Under the pieces are notes generated by a model that did no database searches, was not told the DNA's origin, and saw only the letters and a program-made list of their open reading frames with translations. The translations under genes and the position numbers were made by a program. Positions 38,501 through 48,453 of a stretch of 64,000 nt of DNA are shown in pieces. Origin of the DNA: Candidatus Latescibacterota bacterium (GTDB lineage: Bacteria; Latescibacterota; UBA2968; UBA8231); the NCBI GenBank assembly GCA_965248355.1, contig OZ252098.1, forward strand, positions 4,800,001-4,864,000, given 5' to 3'. Position 1 is the first letter of the stretch. Each line of letters starts with the position of its first letter.

Positions 38501-39025
38501 TGTCCCCGGTTCCGTCCAGTAGATCTTCCCCCCGGTTGGATCGAGGGCGATGTCGCCGGGGTTGTCCAGTCCATCGAGAAGGACTTCGGGCTCTGAACCG
38601 TCAAGGGCTGCCCGCCGGATCGATCCATTGCGCAGCTCCCAGTCGTACTCCGACCAGTAGATCCTGCCCCCGGCCGGATCGAGGGCGATGCCGCCGGGAT
38701 TCTTCACGCCCGTGACGAGGACCTCGACCCCGACGCCGTCGAGATCCGCCCTGCTGATGGCCCCCGACTCGTCCCCCCGCTCCGTCCAGTAGATCTTGCC
38801 CCCGGCGGCGTCGAGGGCGATGTCGTACGGAACCCTCAATCTGGACTTGACGAGGTCTTCGACGTCTGAGCCATCCAGGTTGGAGCGGTGGATGCTCTCC
38901 CACTGCGTCCAGTAGATTCCCTCGTCGCCTGCCGGCGGCTCGCCAAGCCTCATGCCCTGAGCGGCGGCGGCCAGCCATATCGTCGCCAGCAGCGCCCCGA
39001 GGACGCGGCCAGTCGCTGGACTCAT
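35588..39025 (-). CDS. Secreted YWTD/LDL-receptor class B repeat protein with FlgD-Ig/T9SS-like C-terminal domain, 1145 aa
   Basis: Signal peptide; 23 repeats of IALD..GGKIYWT...[23 protein letters not shown]...RKMLVLK. Confidence 0.9.
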   Translation of the reverse strand: MSPATGRVLGALLATIWLAAAAQGMRLGEPPAGDEGIYWTQWESIHRSNLDGSDVEDLVKSRLRVPYDIALDAAGGKIYWTERGDESGAISRADLDGVGVEVLVTGVKNPGGIALDPAGGRIYWSEYDWELRNGSIRRAALDGSEPEVLLDGLDNPGDIALDPTGGKIYWTEPGTGIIIGVAIRRADLNGSNVEDLFETDNPEDIALDVAGGQIYWTQWGPETGRIRRANLDGTAVEDLAEVENPSNIALDTAGGRMYWTSAWEATIGRADLDGSNTEVLLAEAEGPENIALDPAGGRIYWTEPGSDTIRRASLDGSNAEVLLAGIVRPGGLALDPPGNKMYWTEGSKIRRANLDGSNIELLLSPDRYPRDIVLDVAGGKLYWIEGDWSGRREIRRANLDGSSVELILAEDEVAGPEAIALDVTGGKIYWAGHRIQRADLDGANVETLLLAGGEDIALDVGEGKMYWTIREEDAVASSIWRSNLDGTDIERLFPPVAVEIALDVAGGRIYWTEETTIRRADLDGTNTEILITGTLDVPIALALDVVAGKMYWTEWALSEGIGKIRRADFDGTNSEDLVIERWRYPGGIALDVGGGKIYWTEWGTGKRRIRRADLDGTNVETLVNGMRTSLAGGIALDLTHGKMYWTEDGGGEAGRIRRAGLDGTNVETLVGDLPGPYGLALDAINGKMYWTDPVEHTIHRAGLDGTAVELLVAGLVYPSGIALDVAGGKLYWTESGTFYADARDAIRRADLDGSNVEYLEGVKEPGAIALDVAGGDMYWTEYWQGRIRRANLDGANSKDLIATGWDPIQDVALDVIGGNMYWTDWELEERRGKILRANLDGSNVDTLLTGEPSRGIALDTPSGRVYWTNWNHEGNGSIRRADLDGSNVEVLVAGLATPRGIALDAAGGKMYWAESTGSIRRADLDGANVETILADLPGPYHLALDLTRDKIYWTDGEYPYRNRLIRRANLDGSNSEDLLAGLDSPGGLALDEGEGKIYWTDDSGILRANLDGSNAELLLRELRYVHGIALNVPRTDTLATPTQPSTLPTKTALLANYPNPFNPETWIPYQVHAPAEVGLSIYDVRGALVRTIDLGYQPAGLYLAPSRAAYWNGRDQHGQRVSSGVYVYRLQAGTSAHVRKMLVLK

Positions 39026-39096
39026 CGGACAGCTCCTCCTCCCAGGAGACGGGGATAGACAGCGGTTGCCTGCACCCGCTGCCCCAGACCCGCCCA

Positions 39097-42000
39097 CTAC
39101 TTGAGAACCAGCATCTTGCGCGCCTGGGCGAAATCCCCGGCCTGCAACCGGTACAGGTACACCCCGGCCGCGACGGGTTCGCCGCGCTGGTTGCGTCCGT
39201 CCCAATGGGTCGCGCCCGAGGGTGTCAGGTAGCTGCCGGCAGGCTGGTAGCCCAGGTCGACGACCCTGACCAGGGCCCCCCGGAGATCGTAGATGCTCAG
39301 GCGCACCTGGGCCTGCTCCTGCAACCGATAGGGAATCCAGGTCTCCAGGTTGAAGGGATTGGGGTAGTTGGCCAGCAGCGCGGTCCGGGCCGGCACGGTC
39401 TGAACCGCCGTCGCCACAGGTTCAGGAGGTGGGATGTACGGAGACATGTCCCACAGCAGGATCGTGCCGTCCCCACTCCGGCTTGCCAGTCTTGCCCCAT
39501 CCGGCGAATACTCCACCAGATTGACGCCTCCCCTGTGCCCCTTCAGCGCAGCCCTTTGCTGCTCGCTCTCCACGTCCCACAAGCGGACCGTGCCGTCATC
39601 GCTCCCGCTGGCCAGCGTGCCCCCATCGGGCGAGAACGCCACCGAACGGACATAACCCCTATGCCCGAACAGGGTGTTCAGCAGCTGGCCGCTTTCCACG
39701 TCCCACAGGCGGACATCGTCGTTCCGGTCCCCGCAGGCCAGCGTACTCCCGTCCGGCGAGAACGCCACGGAAATGACATCCCAGCCTCGCGTCCCCTCCA
39801 GGGCGGCCAGGAGCTGGCCGCTGCCTACGTCCCACAGCCGGGTCATGCCATCCCCGCTTCCAGTGGCCAGCGTACTGCCATCCGGCGAGAACGCCATGGC
39901 ATAGGCCCAACTGGAAAGAGTGGACCGAAGCTGGCTTGCGCCTACGTCCCACAGCCGGACCGTGACATCCTCGCTCCGGCTGGCCAGGATGCGGCCAGCC
40001 GGCGAAAACAGCACCGAATTGACCCGATCCTCATGCCCCTCCAGGGTGGTCAGCGGTTGCCCGCCCCCTACATCCCACAAGCGGATCGTCCTGTCCCGGC
40101 TCCCACTGGCCAGCACGCTCCCATCCGGGGAAAACGCCATCGACTGGATCCAAGCCCCATGTCCCTCCATGGTGGCCAACGGTTGTCCGCTCACTGCATC
40201 CCACAAGCGGATTGTCTTGTCCCGGCTCCCGCTTGCCAGCGTTTCCGCCATCCGGCGAAAACACCACCAGATTGACCCAGGCCTCATGGCCCTCCAAGGT
40301 GGCCCGGATCCGGCCGCTGCTCATATCCCACAATCGGACCGCGTTGTCAGCACTCCCACTGGCCAGCATACCCGCCTCCAGAGAAATGGCCACCGGATGG
40401 ACGGAACTCCTGTATCCATACAGGATCGCATGGGATTCGAAGCTGACCGTATCCCACAAGCGGACGGTGCTGTCTCGACTTCCGCTGGCCAGGATTCCCC
40501 CATCCGGCGAAAAGGCCACCGAATAGACCGCGGAATAGACAGAACTCGTATGCCCTTCGAGGATGGCCCTGGATTGGCCTGTGTCCACGTCCCACAACCG
40601 GACCGTGCCGATTTCACTTCCACTGGCCAGTGTCGTTCCATCCGGGGAAAAGGCCAGGGAATAGACCCAACCTCCCTGGACCCTGCTAGTGACGCTGGAT
40701 TCCCCTTCCATGCTTACGGTGTAGGTCACCACGGTATCCAATCGGCTCGTATGACCCTCCAGGGTAGCCTGGGGTTGGCCACTGTCTGCATCCCACAACA
40801 GGATCATACCATCCATCCCACCACTGGCAAGGGGTGCGCCCGTCCGGCGAAAACGCCACCGAACGGACAGTACGCAAGTGCCCTTCCAAGGTGGCCTTGG
40901 GTTGGCCGCTGTCGACCTCCCACAACCGGACCGTGCCGTCCTCACCGCCGCTTGCGAGGGTTTCTCCATCCGGGGAAAACGCCACGGAACGAACATACCG
41001 CGTATGGCCCTCCAGGGTCATCTCGAGCGCGCCGCTTGCCACATCCCACAACCAGACGGCGTTGTAGTAATTGGCGCCGGCGCTGGCCAGGGTGCTCCCA
41101 TCCGGAGAAAAGGCCACCGAATAGATCGGATCCGGCCCTTCGAGGATGGCCTTGAGCTGGCCGCCGGCTGCATCCCACAACCGGATCGTCTCGTCGTTGC
41201 TCCCACTGGCCAGCATGCTCCCATCCGACGAAAAGGCCAAGGTAGTTACAGAAGCAGTATGCCCCGTCAGCAGGCCGACTTCGGTGCCTGTGTGCGCATC
41301 GTAGAGCCAGATACCAATACTACCCGCTACCGCGAGCCGGGTACCGTCCGGTGAGTAGGCGATATCGGATATGCTTCCTTTTCCCAGGCGCACCTCGACG
41401 CCTTCGGGCAACCCCCACCGGGAAGGGTGCAGGGAGAGGTCGTTCCGGACGAACATGGCGGGTGACGTATCCCACAGCAGGACCGTGCGGTCCCGATTCC
41501 CGCTGGCCAGGGTCAGGCCGTCCGGGGAAAGGGCCAGGGAAGTGAAATTCTCCCTGTAGCCTTCGAGGGTGGCCTCGTGCCGGGCATCGGCCACGTCCCA
41601 CAACCGGATCACGCCGTCATAACTCGCGCTTGCCAGCGTGGCCCCATCCCGCGAGAAGGCCAGGAAAAAGATCCGGTTGGCATGCCCCTCGAGGATTACC
41701 CTGGACCGGGCGCCTTCCGCATCCCACAACCGGATCGTCTGGTCATGGCTCCCACTGGCCAGCGTGCTGCCATCCGGCGAAAACGCCACCGCATCGACCG
41801 ATCCTGTATGCCCTTCCAAGGTCGCCTGGAGCCGACCGCTTTCCGCGTCCCACAACCGGATCGTCTTGTCCCCGCTCCCGCTGGCAATCCTGCCTCCATC
41901 TGGTGAAAACGCCAGCGAACGGACGGACCTCCCATGCCCTTCGAGGAGGGCAAGGGGCTCGCCGCTTTCCGCGTCCCACAACCTGATCGCCTGGTCGTCG

Positions 42001-42452
42001 CCACCGCTTGCCAGCATGTCACCATCCGGCGAAAAGACAACGGAGTACACTCCGCCGGTATGCCCCTCCAGGGTCGCCTCGAGTCGGCCGCCGCCCACCC
42101 CCCACAACCGGATCGTACTGTCATCGCTGCCGCTGGCCAACGCCCTCCCATCCGGAGAAAAAACCAGGGTACGGATGGATCCCCGGTGCCCCTTCAAGGT
42201 CGCCGCCTGCTGGCCGGTGGCCACATCCCACAACCGCACCTCGTTGTCGTCGCTGCCGCTGGCCAATACTTCTCCATCCGGAGAAAAAGCCACCGCCGTG
42301 ACCCAATCCCTGTGCCCGGAGAGAATCGCCCGGGGTTGGACGCCGTCCGCCGCGGGGAAACGAGTCCTGTCTCCGCTGCCGCCGGCCAGGGTACCCCCGT
42401 CTGGAGAGAACGCCACCGACAGGAGGGCAACCTTCAACAAGCTCCGCTTCAT
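39097..42452 (-). CDS. WD40-repeat protein with FlgD-Ig/T9SS-like C-terminal domain; two +1 frameshifts (about 40832 and 40243)
   Basis: Roughly 20 GH...VAFSPDG..LASGS.D.TIRLWD repeats across three consecutive frames; ANYPNPFN C-terminal domain; ATGA-coupled to the GNAT gene. Confidence 0.85.
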
Positions 42453-43348
42453 TCGGGATGTCCCTCCGCCTGCCTTCGCCAGTGTCTCTGCCGCACCAGC
42501 GGCATCCACCCGAACCGCCTGTAGAACCTGCCTGCGCCGGCTTGGTCGTCCTCACGTGCAACAGGCACCACGATCCGATCGCACCTGGCCAACCGCAGCC
42601 ATTCGACCGCATGGCGCACGACCCACGAACCGATCCCCTGGTTTCTCATTGATTCACGCGTTCCGACCTCCGAGAGCTCGGCCCATCCTGCCAGTGCAGG
42701 CAACTGGCCGCCATCGGTGAGATCCGGGATACATTCACACTCCGCGATCTCCTCTCCATCGAGGCGCGCGACAAACCGCGTGCCGAACTCGCCCGCAGAG
42801 CGGTGGATCGTCACACCTGCCACCGGCGGCTCACCGGGAGCAGAGATACCACGCAGGGTACCACCATAGACGGATTCGTCGGTTTCCTCATTCGCCGAAT
42901 ATCCGGATTGCTTCATCAGAGCGATTACGTGGGGCCAAGCATCCGGTGTGCCCACGCAGGTAGGAACCGGCAGGGAACCGACTCGCTCCTCCGATACCTG
43001 CCAGGCCTTCATCTGGCGCCGGCACGCGGTCATGACCGCCACCCCGGCCTCTCGCTCTTCGGGCCAGAACAGGGTCCAGGCGATGTACCCGGTTCCGTTC
43101 CAGGGCGTCTCTTCGCCGTATCGGCGGAGATGCGCCGCCGCGCAGACGCGGTCCTTGACGATCCCGACGATGGACCTTCTCTCCACAACCCAGGGATCGG
43201 TCACGGATTCCTGGGGCTCCCTCTGCAGGCGCCCCCAGAGGTAGTCGGCGGTCAGGCTCCACCCGGGAACCACCGCGCCGACGTGACCGTTGACGAGCTC
43301 CAGGACCTGGGGAAGATGGGAGCGATCCAGTGGTGAAATCTCCGTCAT
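42449..43348 (-). CDS. GNAT family N-acetyltransferase
   Basis: MRNQGIGS acetyl-CoA motif, RFYRRFGW. Confidence 0.8.
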   Translation of the reverse strand: MTEISPLDRSHLPQVLELVNGHVGAVVPGWSLTADYLWGRLQREPQESVTDPWVVERRSIVGIVKDRVCAAAHLRRYGEETPWNGTGYIAWTLFWPEEREAGVAVMTACRRQMKAWQVSEERVGSLPVPTCVGTPDAWPHVIALMKQSGYSANEETDESVYGGTLRGISAPGEPPVAGVTIHRSAGEFGTRFVARLDGEEIAECECIPDLTDGGQLPALAGWAELSEVGTRESMRNQGIGSWVVRHAVEWLRLARCDRIVVPVAREDDQAGAGRFYRRFGWMPLVRQRHWRRQAEGHPE

Positions 43349-43358
43349 GGTTCGCCTC

Positions 43359-44387
43359 CTACGCCGGCGCCTCGTTCCCCCACGGATACGACTCCACGCG
43401 CAGGGCGCGGTCGTCCGCCGGCAGCCGCACCCGCGCGCCGTCCCGCTGCGACGAGGACCAGATGGCGAACCCGATCTCGGTGGCGCGCCGGGCCTGCGGC
43501 ACGTCGCAGACGGTGCGCCCCCCTTCCTTCACGGCCCGGACCAGGTCGGCGACCATGCCCGTGCCGGCGGGCCAGCCCTCGGCTTTCGGCGGCAGGGGGA
43601 TCGGCTCTTCCGAGGCGTCGCCGTGGATGCGGGCCTCCTCCGCGTCGTCGTACACGGAGATCCGCCCGCCCTCGGCGGCGATCTCGAAGGCGAGGCCCCT
43701 CGGCCCGTCGCAGGTGACGTAGGCGTGGACTCCGTCGGCCAGGCCGATCTGCGCCCGGCAGGGAGGATCGCTGCGGCGGCGCTCGTCGTGCGGATCGCCA
43801 GGGTCGAGGAAGCCGCTGACCCACTCGGGCTCCGGGTCGCCGAGGAGCATGAGCATGGTGTCGTACCAGTGACAGCCGTGGTTGATCGTATTGGGGATGC
43901 CGTAGGCAGAAATGCTGGTGATCTCGCCGATCGGATGCGCGGCAAGGGCCGAGCGGAGGGCGTGGTAGGCGGGGTTCCAGCGCCGGTCGAGGGCGAAGGC
44001 GAGGGGCGTGCTCCCGCAGGCGGCGGCGACGCGGTCCAGCTCGGCGAGGCTGGTCACCAGCGGCTTGTCGCACAGGATCCCGCGCGCGCCGGCGGCGACC
44101 GCCTGCTCGATCTGGCCGGCGTGCAGGGTCTGCCGCGTGGCGATGCAGACGATGTCGGGGCGGACCTCATCGAGGAGCCGCCCGTAATCGTCGAAGTCCG
44201 GCACCTCGCCCCAGACATCCCGCCAGCACTCGACGAACTCTGAGCGTTCCTTCCCGCCGTAATCGAAGACACCCGCGACGACGGTCTCGGGGTTGTCGCA
44301 GAAGGCGGAGGCGAAGTTGTGGCTTCCGGGTTGGCGCAGGAGCTGCCGGTGGCAGCCGGCGATGGCGACGCGCAGCATGGGGCTCAT
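43359..44387 (-). CDS. Gfo/Idh/MocA family oxidoreductase
   Basis: PDIVCIAT, LHA, ILCDKPL, NHGCHWYD; ATGA overlap with the upstream gene. Confidence 0.88.
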   Translation of the reverse strand: MSPMLRVAIAGCHRQLLRQPGSHNFASAFCDNPETVVAGVFDYGGKERSEFVECWRDVWGEVPDFDDYGRLLDEVRPDIVCIATRQTLHAGQIEQAVAAGARGILCDKPLVTSLAELDRVAAACGSTPLAFALDRRWNPAYHALRSALAAHPIGEITSISAYGIPNTINHGCHWYDTMLMLLGDPEPEWVSGFLDPGDPHDERRRSDPPCRAQIGLADGVHAYVTCDGPRGLAFEIAAEGGRISVYDDAEEARIHGDASEEPIPLPPKAEGWPAGTGMVADLVRAVKEGGRTVCDVPQARRATEIGFAIWSSSQRDGARVRLPADDRALRVESYPWGNEAPA

Positions 44388-45874
44388 CTCTTTGGGAATA
44401 CCTCGGTCCGCGGCTCGAAGCGGACATCCTCGTCGAGCGGATACATGGGCCGCCGGCAGACGGTGTGACCCAGGCTCGGAAGGTTGGCGCTCGTCGATCC
44501 GGGGGCGTCGATGTTGAAGTTCGCCGCGGCCCAGGCGGTGAAGAAGCGCTCCTGGCAGTGGGGGGACTTCACCACCACGAGATCGAAGAGCCGCGGATCG
44601 CAGCCGTGGGCGAGGAAGAGGGAGCGGTCGAAGAGGTACACCGGCTGCGAGGTGACGACGATGGTCATGGCTCCGGCCTGGAGCAGCGCCGTGTCGCCGG
44701 CGTCCTGCCGGGTGCCCCACGACTCGAAGTGGTAGGGACCGGTGCGCAGCATGGAGACGGTGGCCTCGAGCTGCAGCGGGGTGAAGCGGGGATCGAGGGC
44801 GCCGCCCAGGGAGAAGCGGCCGGTGTGGCCGACGCCGATCTCGAAGGCGCGCCGGACCGCCGGCGGATCGACGAGCGGGGCGAGCACGCGGCCTTCGTAC
44901 CCGGCCTCCAGCAACGCCGCGAGGATGAAGTTGCTGTCGCCGCTGGCCCCGGAGCTGGTGGCGTCGGCGGCATCGGCGAAGATCGCCGTGCCCTCGAGGC
45001 CGCGCGCCTGCGCGATTGCTTCTTCTACCTGGATCAGCGGCGCCTGCATGCGGGCCCGGTGGGGCCAGAAGCCGCGCGCCAGCTCCAGGGCCTCCCGTTC
45101 CGCCGCCTCCGGGTCGCCGTCGGTGACCACCACGCTCTGGGAGCACAACTCGGGCACGTCGGTGAAGGGGTTGCCGATCATCATGCCCGCGGTCAGGGCC
45201 GTCCCCGAGCGCTCCAGCTCCTGGGCCCGGCGGATCGACTCGCCGAAGATGCCGGTCTCCGTGATCAGCTCGTCGCCGCGGACCAGCGCCGGCACCACGA
45301 CCCGCCCCACGACGGGGCGCATCCCCTCGTCGAGCATGCGCAGCAGCAGGCGGGCGGCGCGGGCGCCGGTGTCGGCGAAGTCGACGTGGGGATAGGTGTG
45401 CAGCAGGGTGAGGGCGTCGCAGTGCTCGAGCATGCGCCGCGTGAGGATGCCGTGGAGGTCGAGGGAGATGACCAGGGGGAGGTCCGGTCCAACGAGGCGC
45501 CGCACCTCCTGCAGCAGGAACCCCTCCGGGTCGAGGTCGACGGTGGCCCCCATGGCGCCGTGGAGGACGAAGTAGAAGCCGTCGGCGCCGTCGCGGTGGT
45601 GCTCCACGGCGTCGAGGAGCTCCGCGGCCAGGCGCCCGAAGTCCTCCTGCCTTAGAAGGCCGGAGGAGCAGGCGTCGGCGCCAAGCAGTGGCACCGCCTC
45701 CACGTCGGGACGCGCCTCGAAGACCTTGAGGGCGCCGCTCACGTAGGACTCGACGCCGCGGTGGCGGGCGAACAACTCCTTCCCCCGCCGGATGCGGAAG
45801 TCCTCGTATCGCGTCTCCACCGGATTGAAGGAGGAGACCTCCTGCATGCACTCGGCGACCAGGATCCGGTACAT
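44384..45874 (-). CDS. M81/MlrC-family metallopeptidase, full length (496 aa)
   Basis: QEVSSF, VLHGAM, SLDLHG, TYPHVD, SGASGD, VVVKS, RPMYPLD. Confidence 0.9.
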   Translation of the reverse strand: MYRILVAECMQEVSSFNPVETRYEDFRIRRGKELFARHRGVESYVSGALKVFEARPDVEAVPLLGADACSSGLLRQEDFGRLAAELLDAVEHHRDGADGFYFVLHGAMGATVDLDPEGFLLQEVRRLVGPDLPLVISLDLHGILTRRMLEHCDALTLLHTYPHVDFADTGARAARLLLRMLDEGMRPVVGRVVVPALVRGDELITETGIFGESIRRAQELERSGTALTAGMMIGNPFTDVPELCSQSVVVTDGDPEAAEREALELARGFWPHRARMQAPLIQVEEAIAQARGLEGTAIFADAADATSSGASGDSNFILAALLEAGYEGRVLAPLVDPPAVRRAFEIGVGHTGRFSLGGALDPRFTPLQLEATVSMLRTGPYHFESWGTRQDAGDTALLQAGAMTIVVTSQPVYLFDRSLFLAHGCDPRLFDLVVVKSPHCQERFFTAWAAANFNIDAPGSTSANLPSLGHTVCRRPMYPLDEDVRFEPRTEVFPKR

Positions 45875-45878
45875 GGCC

Positions 45879-46610
45879 TCAGTGCCCGTAGTCGGACTGC
45901 AGAGTCGACTCGTCCCGCCACCTCGGGCTGGTCCGCTCCGCCTCCCTGGTCTTCCTCGCAAGGCAGGAGCAGTGCTGCGCCAGGACCTCGAAGATGCGGT
46001 TGGCCACCAGCCGGTGGCCGAGGTCGTTCTGGTGCACGCCGTCGTGGTGAACCGTCCAGGGCGCCTCGCCGCTGGCTTCCAGCAGGTCGACATGGAGACA
46101 GCCCAGCTCCTCGGCGGCCTCGGCGGTGGCGGCGTTGAAGCTCCTGAAGAGCGGCAGGTCGGCGTGGCTCCAGTCCCGGCCCCCGAGCGTGAAGTCGGTC
46201 ATGAAGTAGGGGCCGGGATTCACGATGAGCGGGTCCCCGTGCTCGCGCACGCGACTCACGAGCAGGGCGAGGTCTTCGCGGAACTGGGGCAGCGGCGTGC
46301 CGCCGCGGGCGTCGTTGAGACCGTAGGAGATGATCAGCAGGTCGGGGTCGTGGGCGAGGACGTGCTTCTCCAGGCGCTCGGAGGCGGCCGGCTTGCCGCT
46401 GGCGTCGTAGGACGGGCTGCGGGTGGAGATGACGTTGGCGCCGATCCCGGAGTTCACCACCCGCGCCGGCGTCTCCTGGAAGTCGTTGATGAGGCCGCCG
46501 AGGACGGAAACCCAGCAGCGCTCGGGGGAGGTGCTCCAGCCGCCCGCGGTGGTGCTCTCGCCGAGGGCGACGAGGCAGCGGAACTCGTCAGCGCGCCAGT
46601 CTCTCTTCAC
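45879..46610 (-). CDS. SGNH/GDSL hydrolase
   Basis: LGESTT, NSGIGAN, YGLND, DGVHQNDLGH. Confidence 0.88.
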   Translation of the reverse strand: MKRDWRADEFRCLVALGESTTAGGWSTSPERCWVSVLGGLINDFQETPARVVNSGIGANVISTRSPSYDASGKPAASERLEKHVLAHDPDLLIISYGLNDARGGTPLPQFREDLALLVSRVREHGDPLIVNPGPYFMTDFTLGGRDWSHADLPLFRSFNAATAEAAEELGCLHVDLLEASGEAPWTVHHDGVHQNDLGHRLVANRIFEVLAQHCSCLARKTREAERTSPRWRDESTLQSDYGH

Positions 46611-46619
46611 TCGATCACC

Positions 46620-47581
46620 TCAGGCCGGCAGCACCTCGCGAAGCACCCGCAGGTAGTTGCCCCCCATGATGTTCGCCGTGTCCTCTTCGGAAAAGCCGTC
46701 GTGGAGCAGCGCCTCGGTGATCCAGGGAAGGACCGCGGAATTGAAGTGCGTGCCGATGCCGACGTGGCCGGCTCCCATCACGCCGACGGCGTAGCGGACC
46801 TGCTTCAGGGTCTCCTCCATCTCTCCGTCGTCGACCGACTCGTACGGGGCGTCGCCGTGGGGCCGCCCGATGGGGGGCATGATTCCGAGCATGCCCCCTT
46901 TTTCCGCCAGGGCCTTCATGACCTCGTCGGAGGTGCTGCGCGGACTCGGGTCCTGCTCGAGGGCGCGCGGGCCCGAGTGGGTGTCGACCACCGGTCTCTC
47001 CGAGACCTCGATGGCGTCGAGGGCGCAGGGGTCGTTGGTGTGCGCCAGGTCGATGAGGATGCCGCGGCGGTTCATCTCCTGGATCATGCGCACCCCGAGG
47101 GCGGTCATGCGCCCCCCGGAGCGCAGCTCGCCGGAGACGTCCCAGCCCAGCTCGCGTGTCCCCTGGCCGATGGTGATCATGCGCAGCCCGAGGCGGGCGA
47201 ACTGGCGCAGGGCCCCCGGGCTGTCGCCGAACCAGTCGCTGCGGTTGGCCCCCATGAGCACGGCGATGCGTTCGGGGTCGCTTAGGGCGCGGTCGAGGTC
47301 GGCGACGGTGCGCACCAGGATCACCTTGTCCGGGTTCTCCTCGACGTTGCACAGGAAGCGGTCGAGCACCGCAAGGCAGAGCAGGGTCGGGCTGTTGATG
47401 GCGAGGCTGAGGTACATCGGCTCGCTGCCGGGGCGGCCGGGCCGGAAGGTGGGATCCTCCGGCCACTTCGGGGCGAAGTTCATCTCCGGTACCGCGGCCC
47501 CTGGGAGAGGTTGAGGGCGAGCAGGTCGGCGATGGGATGGTCGCGGTGAAAGCGGCGGGTGCGCTCGGAGATTGAATTCAT
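46620..47581 (-). pseudogene. Membrane dipeptidase (M19)-like protein with out-of-frame 5' deletion
   Basis: MNRRGILIDLAH, THSG, SDEVMKALAEKGG, HVGIG, IMGGNYLRV; probable native start at 47581 (ATGA-coupled, MNSISERTRRFHRDHPIADL) is out of frame with the 287-aa body. Confidence 0.7.
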
Positions 47582-48444
47582 CGTGGAAGGCCGCGGCGGC
47601 CGGCTCTCAGGGCGGGACCGGGGACGCGGTTCCACTCGATCGGCTCGGCACCGCCGTCATACTCCGGAAGGAGGTGGGCGATGCGAAGGCGCGTCTCTGC
47701 CGGCCAGGCGTCGATCTTCCGGTCGGAGACGATGTAGGACTGGATGGACTCGGGAAGCTGCTCGAAGGCGGGGAAGTACCACAGGGTGATGACGGTGCGG
47801 CGTTGGGCGGAATCGTTGGCGTGGGCCGAGTGCAGCAGCCGCGAGTCCCCGATCACGAGGTCGCCGGCCCGCACCGGCACGTCGACGGCTTCCTCCACGG
47901 CCTGATACACCGGGCTGCGAGGATCCTCCATCTCCCGCAGGTCGTTCGTATGGGCGTCGGGAACCGCGTCGTGCAGAGGATGGCGCTCGAGGTGCGATCC
48001 CGGGATCAGGCGCAGGCAGCCGTTGCCCGGGGCGGTGTCGACCGTGTAGTACATCAGGAAGAGCTGCTGCGCCACCGGGTTTCCGTAGCTGACGGGGTGG
48101 TTCCAGCCCCACCAGTCCTGGTGCCAGAACAGCGGCGGGCCGTGGGCCGGCTTGCTGATGACGAACCCCGACCACCACTTCGGGCGCGGGAAGCCGAGGC
48201 GGCCCAGTGCGTCGATGGCGGCGGGGCAGCGCACCAGCTCGGCGAAAGCCGGGTCGTCGTACACGGAGATCATGCTGCCCGTCGACTTCTGCTGCTCGAA
48301 ATGCTCCGGCGGCTGCCGGTCGAGCAGGGCGTCGGCGATCGCGCGGGTCTGGTCGAGCAACTCGCAGTCGAGGACTTGCTCGAACAGGCAGAACCCGTCG
48401 CGCAGCAGTTTCCGGCGTCTGTCGGTGTCGATGGCGATTGTCAT
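47578..48444 (-). CDS. Phytanoyl-CoA dioxygenase (PhyH) family
   Basis: WHQD, NGCLRLIPGSH, GDSRLLHSAHAN. Confidence 0.92.
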   Translation of the reverse strand: MTIAIDTDRRRKLLRDGFCLFEQVLDCELLDQTRAIADALLDRQPPEHFEQQKSTGSMISVYDDPAFAELVRCPAAIDALGRLGFPRPKWWSGFVISKPAHGPPLFWHQDWWGWNHPVSYGNPVAQQLFLMYYTVDTAPGNGCLRLIPGSHLERHPLHDAVPDAHTNDLREMEDPRSPVYQAVEEAVDVPVRAGDLVIGDSRLLHSAHANDSAQRRTVITLWYFPAFEQLPESIQSYIVSDRKIDAWPAETRLRIAHLLPEYDGGAEPIEWNRVPGPALRAGRRGLPR

Positions 48445-48453
48445 GGCACGCGG

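Noticed and set aside
40240..40835. Programmed frameshifting or phase variation in the WD40 gene
   Set aside because: The runs are only 3-4 nt with no slippery heptamer, too short for typical contingency loci
35900..42450. Periodic nucleotide repeats as a possible CRISPR array or diversity-generating retroelement
   Set aside because: The repeats are degenerate at third codon positions and encode YWTD/WD40 units; no cas genes, reverse transcriptase or adenine-specific TR/VR pair was seen
44384..45874. Microcystin degradation pathway
   Set aside because: M81/MlrC homologs are widespread and no mlrA/B/D-like genes are adjacent
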